A DNA stretch of 24,954 bases from a virus (Duplodnaviria > Caudoviricetes): IMG/VR virus record IMGVR_UViG_3300017589_000096, positions 1 through 24,954 of that record. The stretch is one strand, 5' to 3'. Shown piece by piece: positions 1 through 10,500 of this stretch; the first letter of the stretch is position 1, and each line of letters begins with the position of its first letter. The notes below the pieces were generated by a model. The model searched no databases. It was not told where the DNA came from and was given only the letters and a program-made list of their open reading frames with translations. The translations under genes were made by a program, and so were the position numbers.

Positions 1-53
1 AGAGTACGCGTCTGGGGGGCGCGTGGTCGGACGTTCGAATCGTCTCACCCCGA
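1..53 (+). tRNA. tRNA-Pro(GGG), 5' part lies upstream of the window; integration target
   Basis: Anticodon arm CGCGT-CTGGGGG-GCGCG, variable loop TGGTC, T-arm GGACG-TTCGAAT-CGTCT, acceptor 3' strand CACCCCG plus discriminator A; CCA not encoded. Confidence 0.95.
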
Positions 54-109
54 CTAACTGATAATTAAGCACTTACATTAAATTGTAGGTGCTTTTTTTA
101 TTGATTGGT
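11..109 (+). repeat. attL direct repeat (tRNA 3' half plus terminator)
   Basis: Matches 24040..24138 at 98 of 99 positions (A82 vs G24111). Confidence 0.97.
67..99 (+). terminator. Intrinsic terminator of tRNA-Pro
   Basis: AAGCACTTACA-ttaaat-TGTAGGTGCTT followed by a T run; duplicated in attR. Confidence 0.85.
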
Positions 110-130
110 GGAACACAAATGGAACACAAT
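105..130 (+). repeat. Putative integrase arm-type sites (TGGAACACAA x2), left end
   Basis: 26-mer TTGGTGGAACACAAATGGAACACAAT is identical to 23910..23935 and has an 11-bp internal period. Confidence 0.8.
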
Positions 131-240
131 CATCCTTTATAGCCTTAATACTGTAGATTATTTAAGTATAATATAGACTATTTTCAATGCTTGCTTTTGT
201 ATCTCAAAACAAAAACATATAGAATTTGTAGCTTTGCAAA

Positions 241-429
241 TTAATATAATCCTAGTATTGTTTCAATAAAATGCTTTATTGGAGAGCTATTTAGCGCTAT
301 TTCTATGATTAATGGATATAATATATATTTCCACAATAAAGATAGAAACATAGAGAGCTTTATTTGTCTGAAATACTTTGGCCTTTTCTTAGGAGCAATT
401 CTTCTTTTTTTTCTGTAATGTTTAGACAT
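241..429 (-). CDS. Small hypothetical protein with basic N-terminus and one hydrophobic segment
   Basis: ATG start, K/R-rich first 22 aa, then LSMFLSLLWKYILYPLIIEIAL; short, so it may be spurious. Confidence 0.45.
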   Translation of the reverse strand: MSKHYRKKRRIAPKKRPKYFRQIKLSMFLSLLWKYILYPLIIEIALNSSPIKHFIETILGLY

Positions 430-1054
430 AGCATCTTGATTTTAAATAATATCAAGAATGCTCGTCTTGCTCGTCGCAAAGATCATTCCTTAGTTTTAAA
501 TATCAAAGGACAAAGAAATTCTATTTCTAACAACTGTCTGGATGTGCTTTATTTGTTTATAATTCAGGTGATTATTTGATATTTTGCTGATCTTCTCCGT
601 TTATAATTCCTGCAAAAGCAATATTAGCTCCGCCATATTTTATTATTGCTTACAAGATTGATTTAAAAGATGTTATGTTATTGTTATCCCCCTTGTATCC
701 TATTTAAGTTTATGTCCAGATTCCGGACATTTGTGCTAATATTAATCTATATGCATGTGATATGCGTATTCCGGTATGAATTAAGCACGGGACAACATCA
801 CGAGTAAAATATAATGTTCTCTAAGAGGAGAAGGGGGTGATTTGAAATCACATCCTCTTTTCCGGCACAGCTAAATAGTTTTTGATTGGAATACCCAAGA
901 ACCCAAGTACGGTTTATTCCTACTCCTGCAAGATGAATAACTTCAATTCGATTCTTTTCAAAAAAAATAAAGATACTATTTCCCTTTTGTCCCAAATTGC
1001 CAACCCCTTATACATGTAAAAATACAACCTTTGATAAATTAAAAAGAAAAAGGT

Positions 1055-1516
1055 ATGCCAATTTTTGAAGTAAACGGACAACAGTACGAAGTTGAAGATC
1101 GCTATACAAGCGACTTCGCGAAAGAATTTCCTTCAGCGGTGACTAGGATTGAAAAAGATGATCATATTTTAGAGGTCGCTGCGGGTGATTACTCTCAATA
1201 CCTTTCCTCATTAAAAGATTATAGGCACGTCGTTCCTGAAAAAGCTATGAGGAATTTGATTGGAGAAAGTGTTAAAGGGGAATATCAGATTCCATCCTGG
1301 ATAGCAAGGCCTCCGCAATCATCTCAATATTCTAAACCAATGCAATCTACTAATTCTATTAGTGTTCCTAAGAGCCAAATGCTTGATATGGATATTATTG
1401 TTAGGCAGAATAAAGACGAGAGAACCCAAAAGACAAAGATGGCCCAATACCTAAAGGCTCAGGGCTATAAAAGAGAGGACATTATAAGTATTCTTAAGAC
1501 TGTAACAGCAGAATAA
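1055..1516 (+). CDS. Hypothetical protein, first gene of the giant-protein operon
   Basis: 153-aa ORF with ATG after an A-rich leader; ends 1 nt before the giant ORF. Confidence 0.85.
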   Translation: MPIFEVNGQQYEVEDRYTSDFAKEFPSAVTRIEKDDHILEVAAGDYSQYLSSLKDYRHVVPEKAMRNLIGESVKGEYQIPSWIARPPQSSQYSKPMQSTNSISVPKSQMLDMDIIVRQNKDERTQKTKMAQYLKAQGYKREDIISILKTVTAE

Positions 1517-1517
1517 T

Positions 1518-4500
1518 ATGCCAATAGATTTATCAAAATTGAATGTTAGTGATACATCAGATATTGATGATATCGTGAATGAATTATTCTCGGAAGAATC
1601 TCCGAAAGTGAATACTCAGGAACCTATTAAAGAAGTGCCGGGAGCTTCCGTCCCATCTTATCAGACAAAACCTGAAGATGTGGGCTTTGAGAACGTGCTT
1701 GATAAAAAAGGTTTTGAGCAAAGATACAATGTAAACCCGAACGTTTTAAGCGGTAGACAAACCGATCCAATTCAAAAGAGTATCGAAAGTTTGCGGGAGA
1801 AGGTTGGTAAAAAAACTAACATTGGATACGAAGTTCCTCTAGGAATTATTGGTGGTATCGCTTCTCTTTCTTCTCCTGCTATAAATGTCGCTTCTAGGAT
1901 TCCATGGGTTAAAGATGCAGCGAATAAGATTATCCCTGATGGAATAAAAAGAAGAATAAACGAATCAGAGATAACAGCAGCAACAGAGAATGAGCTTAGG
2001 AGGGCGGAAAGATCCTCTAATCTAAAAGGAAGTGCGATCAATCAATTTGGGCAATCATTTTATAGTGGGGTTAAGGATGAAGGGAGTATGCTCACATTTG
2101 GGCTGAGCGAACTTGACAACGACATAACATTACTCCATATTGCCAAGAAAGCAGAGAAAGAAGGCTTTGATAATCTCCCTGAACGTGAGCAGGATCTTCT
2201 AACTGCTTCAGCTCTTAGGATAGCTGCGGAGGCCGCAAACAGTGACGAGAAAACGGCAATGCAAATAGCTGGTATGTCTACAGCAGAGTCTATGCCTTAT
2301 ATGCTTCAATTCCTGATTACTAGTCCTGTGGCAAGCTTGGCTACTACACCAGTAAGAGCTGCTATAAAGACAGCAGCAGAAAAAGCAATTAAATCAGGCG
2401 TTAATAGTAAGCTAGCAAGTGTTATTAAGGGAGCAGCAAGAACAGCAGCGGTAGCCACAAAAGCGGGTGCTATGTCGGTTATGCAACCAACAATGTATGC
2501 TGATGCAGTTTCACGAGGCACTGGTAAAGCTACTTTAGACGAAAACGGAAAGTATGCAGGCATGGAAGATGCGGAGAGCGCACCTGTAGCAGCATATAAG
2601 GCTTTTGCAAATGCGACTGTAGAGAATCTTTCCGAACACTCAGGTGCCATGTTAAGTGGAGCTACAGGATCTGCGGCACGTGCTCTTAAGAAAGTTCCCG
2701 CTTTGGGTGGGTTCATTTCTAACGTACAAAAGAATAACGTACTATCTGGAGCTACTAAGATGATGAAAGCTGTAGGGTTCAATGGTGCACCTGAGGAGTT
2801 CTTCGAAGAGCAGGTTTCTACTGGTTTAAACTCTTTAATCGTTGGAGATAGCCAATTCTCAGACTTCACAAACTGGAAGCAACAATTAGCCACGTTAATC
2901 AGTGTAGGAGCAACGGCCGGGGCAATGACTTCTACAGGCTCTTTGATGTCCGTTCCTTATAAAAAACAGATTAAGAATAACTACTCAGAGGCTACGGATC
3001 TCGTTAAAGATTACTTCTCCCCAGATGAATTTGATCAATTCAGGGCCTCTCTATCTAATATGAATATAGATTCACGTCCGGACTTTATTAGTTCAGTAGC
3101 AGAGTCTAAAGGATTTAGTACTGATGAAGTGAAGGATCTAACTGTTTTTGCTACTCGTCAGGCGCAATATGATGGTTATGTAGGGGCTGTGTCTGATTAT
3201 ATCGAAGAGGAAAAGGTAATAGCTCAACAAGAGATTGATAGGGTATCCAATAAGGATATGGGAGAGATCGTGCAGGTAAAAGGCTTCGGGGGGGACCCTG
3301 TGAATATTATAGGAGGATTTGTGGTGATAGATGAAAACGGTTTCGTGGATAAAAATAAGTCTTCCCAGACTCTTTACTATTTAGATGAAAATGGCAAAAG
3401 GAAAATGACTACTCCAGATAAGTTTGGACAATTAATCAAACGTCTACCATTATCACACGCCTACGCTGCAGAGTTTAGGAAGGTGGAGGATGATATCCTT
3501 ATTAAAGAAGAAAATGAGCTTGCGGACGAGGAATCACCCGAACAAGCACAACAGGACGCTATTTTATTGGCTGAAAATGGGAACCAGGTAGAAACTCCCG
3601 AAGGAGTAGGAACTATCTCACAGGTAGAACAAGACGAGAATGCAGCGATTGTTTTATTCCCAAATGGAGTAAGTAAGAAGTTTGCATTAGCTATTCTTAA
3701 GCCTGCTAAACCTAATATTGATCCTCCAACGTCCGGACAGGGAGTTTTGATAGACGAGTCTAAACCTATAACATCGCAGGGAGAAGAGGCAAACCCAACG
3801 TTACAAACCGTAGAATCTGGTGTTTCGCCCACGCAAGCCGCACCCGTATTTCCGGTTGATAAGGAAAATAATATAGACTATTCTCAGATTCAAGAGCCTG
3901 AGATGTACGCACAAGCTTTACAGAGTGAGTTTGAAGGCGATGCCGTCTCTGTTATAGACGAACAGATTCAATCCGCTCAATCGAGATTAGAGAAAGCTGG
4001 TAAGAATTCGGATGCTATTAAGCGTAGACGGGCCATGAAATCTGAACAAGCAGAGGTTGATCGCTTAAACAAAGTGAAAGCTATTCTTTCTCCAAGTGAG
4101 CAAGTTGTAAACGAAATGCCACTTGAAAACATAGGAAATGAGGAAGCGTCACCGAGCGAAGAAAGCAATATGATAGATTTGTCTCAACTTACTGAACCTG
4201 AAAGACGGAAGTATGTTACTGAAAACTCGACTGATCCTATTGAATTAGCTGACCTTTACGATCAGGTTAAAGAAGAGACGGAATACGCTCAGATGATGCC
4301 GTGGGAAGCCGCTTTAGTGGGTAGAAAAGTAAGCAAAGACTCTTTCATCGAGAACTCAGATAAGAATAACATCACAGGGGCTATGAACAAATCGTGGTTC
4401 TCAAAGGATGGTAAGGGTTTAGACGTTATCGCGGCTGAACTCTCAGAATATGGTATTCCTGTAACCGAACAAGATTTAGTAAACTTCATTATCTCACATC

Positions 4501-7500
4501 CGGGGAACAACGTTAAGAAGCGTTCTCAACTCTCTATTGATACGGATCGTAAGTTTAAAGAGGTCGTGAAGAATCTAACGGGTCAAGAGGTTGGTGGAGT
4601 TGACTCTCCTTCGGGGAAATTAATCTTAGCCGGTTTAAGAGCCGGGGCAAGAAGCGAACAAGAAAGACAATCTATGCCTTTCGATGCTTACACTATACCT
4701 GATTCAGTATTAAATTTCTTTGAAGAAACGGGGTTAAATCCGGAAGATTTTAATAGCTTTGAGGAGTTAGGCCAAGCGGTTAATAGTGAAGTGGAAAGCG
4801 GAACATTCGTATTTCCTTTAAGCCCTACAGATTTACAAACAATTAATAATATCATAAACCATGGAATCGAACAGCAAGCAGACTACGAACAATTCAGTAC
4901 AAGAGTTGAAAAAGCAGGGCTTAAGAGAGCAGCTCAACAACCTGTACTTGAAACAACCGAAACAGAAGCAGGAACCGAAGGAGAAAAAGAAGGAATAGAG
5001 CCTACTCCCGAAGAGATTGCGGAGATTGAAGCGCAATTAGAAAAGCCTAAGAGAGCCGGCAGCGTTATTGACATCATCAACGAGATAGCAACAGAGCAGA
5101 ATCTTCGTGATGCAGAGAAAGATGTGAACACTACTCCGACTGAAGCTCAGAAAGAAGCAGGTAACTATAAGATGGGACACGTGACCATTCAAGGGTTAGA
5201 TGTATCTATCGAAAATCCTAAAGGTTCTCAGAGATCGGGCAAAGACGATACAGGTAAAGAGTGGTCTGTAACACTAAACAATACCTACGGTTACATTAAA
5301 GGAACTAAGGGGAAAGATGGAGATCATGTAGATGTCTTTATCGGAGATGCCCCTTCCTCTGAGAATGTATTTGTAGTTGATCAGGTTAATAAAGACGGAT
5401 CATTTGACGAGCACAAAGTTATGTTAGGATTTAACTCCTTAGAGGATGCTGAATCGGCGTACCTATCTAACTACTCCGAAGGATGGACCGGATTAGGCTT
5501 TACTTCTCCAATGGGGATTGAGGAATTTAAAACGTGGGTTAGCGAAGGAGTTAAAGGCGTCCCTTCAAGTGAGTATATTCAGGAGAGATCAAAAGATGTT
5601 ACTAACGAAGAATACCCGAACTCTCCTATTTCTAAAGATGGAACGATTGTTGATTCGGATGGTAATCCTATGACACTATACCATGGGACAACATCAGAAA
5701 AGGTTAATTCAATAAAAGATTTGTCTCCGAATAGCGCAGGTTCCAATGCGAATTTTAATGGAGCCGGAATCTACTTGTCCCCTACATTATCTGATGCACT
5801 TGAATATTCAAACGGAAATAGAGATAAGGTGTATAGTGGAACTGTGAAGTTTACGAATCCTTATATTCATTATGGTATATCGGGTATGAGTAACGAAGAG
5901 GCTTTAGCTGAAACTAAAAGGCTAAAAGATTTAGGTCATGACGGGGTCATAGTCTATGGTAGTAAGGAAATGCGAAAGATTGGAGCGGATCCTATAGAAA
6001 TTATAGCGTTTGACCAAAAAAGTATAACGGAAACTCCAGCAGGTGAAGAGCTTGTTGAAGATGAATTGTTGTTCAGATCAAAAAAACAAAAAGATTCAAA
6101 TGTGCGTGATGAAACTCCTCTAAAAAACGGAGAAGAATATTATATTCGATTTACTGAGACATCGAATGAAGATCTCGAAAGAGGAACGTCATTAAATTTT
6201 ACCGGGTTACGCAAGAAAGACTACTCATTAAAAGCAGCAGCAGAGGTATTGGATATCGACAAAGATAATTTAGTCGTTGTCGATGGAGTATATGCCGAGG
6301 TTATAGATGGGCTGAACGGGTATAAACTGGAGGCTGAAACATTAGATGATGCGATAGAAGAACTCGAAAACGGTAAATATCAATTCTATGATGTTGGTAG
6401 ACCTGTCATATATGTTGGCAAATACTCTGAGAGAGGTTCTGATCAAACAGGAGATGGGGACGCTTTTTATCCCGTAAGAATTGCTTATGACGTGGTAAGC
6501 GAAAACAAAACTTCTGAAGCCGATCAAATCAAATCTGAAGCCGAAAAGAACGGAACATTCCTGAAGGCTTCGAACGGAAAAGATTCTAACCTTAACGAAA
6601 AACAGTGGATTCAAGTTCGAACCAAAGCTTTTAAAGAGTGGTTCGGTGATTGGGAGAATGATCCGGAGAATGCTTCCAAGGTTGTTGATGAAAATGGGGA
6701 GCCGTTGGTGGTTTATCATGGGACCGGAGGTGTGTTTACTGCATTTGATAAAGAAATGATAGGTTCTAGTTTTAATCAAGACTCAAATGGATTTTTCTTT
6801 ACAAATAATTTAAAGTCAGCCGAAGAATATGCTAATAGTACCCCATGGGGCACAACTAGAAAAAATGGAAATGTTATGGGCGTATTTTTGTCGATTTCAA
6901 AACCATACACATCAAAAATTGACTTTGATCCTATTGATGAATGGGATAACAACTATGAAAGTTACATAGATAAATCAAAAAAGAAAAAGGCAGATGGAAT
7001 AATTGTTAAAGCAAAAAAAGGACAAAGCATGTATGTAGCATTTGAGCCTAACCAAATCAAATCCGCCACAGATAATACCGGAGAATTCAGCCAAAACAAT
7101 GATGATATACGGTTTAGAGATGCGGAGATAGACAGACTTGACAAGGAGTATATGGATGCTGTCGAGTCTGGAGATATGGAAAAGGCTCAAAGAATAGTTG
7201 ACCAAGTAGCAAAGAAGAACGGGTACGTATCTGAGAGTGAGTACAGGTTATCTCACAGGGCCCCACATATGCAACCTAACACAACTCCACAACAGAGATT
7301 CGATGAAAGTCATGCTTTGAGTATTGAAGATATGGCAAATGGATACCTAAATGTACCGGATGAATTCTTTGATCCTAGAAATGGTGCACAATGGTACGGA
7401 TATGATACTCGTGAAGGGATGGAATCGTATCGTTCTCTAATGCGTGCAATGAGGGAAGTCAAACAGCAGATAAAAGACAATGGAGAGGTTATCGATATGC

Positions 7501-10500
7501 CTAAAGTAACCGTTTACAGAGCCGTTTCCAAAGAAGTGAAAGAAGGCTCTGTAAGAAATGGTGATTGGGTTTCTCTTTCACAAAGCTACGCTAAATCTCA
7601 TGGTAATGCATGGGTAGATGGACCTTCAAGAGTGATAAAAGAAGAAGTTCCTGCGGATCAAATATGGTGGGATAGCAATGATATTAATGAGTTTGGTGTT
7701 GATGATGGTAAAGGATACTCCTATAAGAATACCAAAAACAACAAAAAGCTGAACGAGACTATAACCCGTGATGATGAAGGGAATATTATTCTTCCTTCTA
7801 AGAGGTTTAATGATAGAAAGAGTGATGTTCGTTATAAATTCATGGGAGAAAAAGGGGCCGCAAATCTTGATAAAGCGGAAGAAGTTTCTATTCGTATAGA
7901 TAATTTAGCTATTGCTCGCAAGATGGAAGATTCAAGGATGGAGCCTAAAAAGATAAAAATGGCAACCGGATGGGAACGTGGATCTGACGGGAAGTGGAGG
8001 TATGAAACATCCGATATAAAAATTAATGATAAAGTCTTTGGGAAAAGAAATATAGGCGGGACAGATGTTCCTGAAAAGATAATGCTTTCCGACATTGTTG
8101 ACGACAAGGAGCTCTTCGAAGCATATCCATCATTGAAAGAGACTGAGGTGTCTATGTCTTTTGATAAGTCGGAGAATGGAAGCTGGAACAAACCGATGAA
8201 CTGGATAAGCTTATACGAAAACCATTTCGAGAATATTTATGATGCGGATTCTGAAAATAAAAAGTCAGAAATAAATAGCAAAATAAAGGAGATAAAAGGC
8301 AGCGAAGAATACAAGCGTGAATTAGAACTTGAAAATGAGCTTGACGAAAAGTTAAAAAAGGGAGAGATATCAATTGAAGGTTATCCGGAGTTTCCAGCAA
8401 TAGACTCATTAAACCCTCTATATGTTGAGCTTGAAAATGCAAAGAGTGAAGGTAGTGTGGTTGGATATTCTTTGAAAAAAAGCGCAAGATCTGTTCTGTC
8501 GCATGAGATACAACATGCAATACAAGACGAAGAGGGGTTCGCTACAGGTGGAAGCCCATCCGGACTATCGAAAGATGTGTTTTTGAATAAATCACAAAAA
8601 GAAAAGATAGCCGAAATTGATAGACTTTTTGATAAACTGAAAAATTCTGAATTGCCTAATTCAAATATGGATGAATTTGTCAAAGAAAGACGTAAGCTGT
8701 TTGATGAAAAGTCAAAAATATACGATTCTTTGAAAGAAATAGATTTGGAGAGTGCACAATATGAATACTATCGTAGGCTTGCTGGTGAAGTAGAGGCTCG
8801 AAATGTGGAATCTCGTTTGCTTATGTCAAAAGAGCAAAGATCTCAATCATTAGCTGAAAGCACCGAAGATGTATCAAGAGAAGATCAAATATTTTTGGAA
8901 AGTGGAACTTCAAAGAGTATTGAACCTATTGAAAAAGAAGCTACCGCATTAGCCGATTCTCTTAATACTCCTATCCGTGTAATTCGTGACATCAACGAGA
9001 TTACAAACGAGGATAAAAGAAAAGAGAAAAGAATGCGTTCGGCAAAGGGTTGGTATGATCCTAAAACCGGAGAGGTTGTTATCGTTCTTCCAAATGCTGA
9101 GAGTGTGGGGGATGTTCAATCTACAATCTTACATGAAATAGTAGGGCATAAGGGGTTGAGGGGTCTTTTAGGTGACAAGTTCGAGGATATGATGGATAAG
9201 GTGTATAAACATCTACCTAAGGCTACACGCAAGAAGATCATGGAATCGGCTGTGAATAAGTATCGATTTGACTACAGAACTGCTACTGAAGAGTATCTTG
9301 CGGAGTTCGTTGAAAAGGATGTAATGGAACCAAGTATCTGGCAGAAGATTAAGAGCGGGATTAAGGACTTCTTCCGTTCAATCGGCGTTGATCTTGAAAT
9401 GAACGATGCGGATATCGCTTACCTATTATGGAAGTCAAAGAACAGGCTTTTAAAAGGAGATGGACCTATTGAAGTTATAAACAAGGTAGCAGCAGGAGAA
9501 GAAGCTAAAGAGAGATTCAGAGAAGCGGCTTATAGTGATGCGGATGTTCTATCGGATGAATTAGATAAGTCAGCGAGAGAGGCGTGGGAGCGTCTCTCTA
9601 AAGACGAGAGAACGGTTCATGAGATAGTAAACGAAACGGCCGAAGTCAGAAAAGGAATATTGAAGTACGTCCCGACTAATGAGAACGTGAAGAAATCCAT
9701 CTATGAACTCACACAAGGTCTGTTTGATAATGCTGTTTCCTTAAGGAACCTTCAGCACCTTGTTAACTCAGTCTCAGACCAACCTATAGAGTCTTTTGCA
9801 AATCCATATCAATTCCTTACTACGATACCGGCAAGGAATGAAAATAAGATGAATACGTTCGTAAAAACGAAGTTCTCTAAAATCGGTCAAGCTATTAAAG
9901 AACTAGGTGTTCCTCGATCCACCGTTCAAATCTACGCTTATTTAAAGCATGGTTTAGAACGTAATGAGTACATGAGAGCACAAGACGTAAGAGAGAAAGG
10001 TGAGAAGCTCAAAGAGGCTGCCGATCTTCGAATACAAGCCATCTCGGATAGTATCGAAGCTATGAGCAGACAACTTGAAACGGCTGATAAAAAAGGCACG
10101 GATCGAATACTTGCTAAGATTGAAGGTTATAATTTGGCTATCGAAGGTGTTAAATCGGAGTTGGAATCTAAAAAGCAGGAATACGAAAAGAGTGTAAGCC
10201 TTAAAGATTATTCAGGTGTGTATGCCGTTGCGGATCTCTTCATTAAGAAGTCAGACGATAGAGAGTTTACCGTCGCTCAGATTGAAACAGCTATAGAGGA
10301 GTTCGAAAAAGAGCACGATGTTACTAAACTGTGGGAGGCCATTAACGGGGCAACAAAGTGGACGGTTCAGAATGAGTTTGAAATGGGCCGTATCTCAAAG
10401 GATTTAAGGGATAAACTCTTCTCTATGTACAAATACTACATTCCTTTAAAAGGATGGGAAGAAAAGAACGCCAATGAGGAATGGGATTACATTAGTGGAG

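Noticed and set aside
364-995. ORFs 364..579 (+) and 798..995 (-)
   Set aside because: TTG starts, short and motif-free; one overlaps the opposite-strand ORF and the other starts inside the candidate promoter region.
1772-8683. Many minus-strand ORFs inside the giant gene
   Set aside because: Ser/Phe/Leu-rich antisense shadows of a long coding strand.
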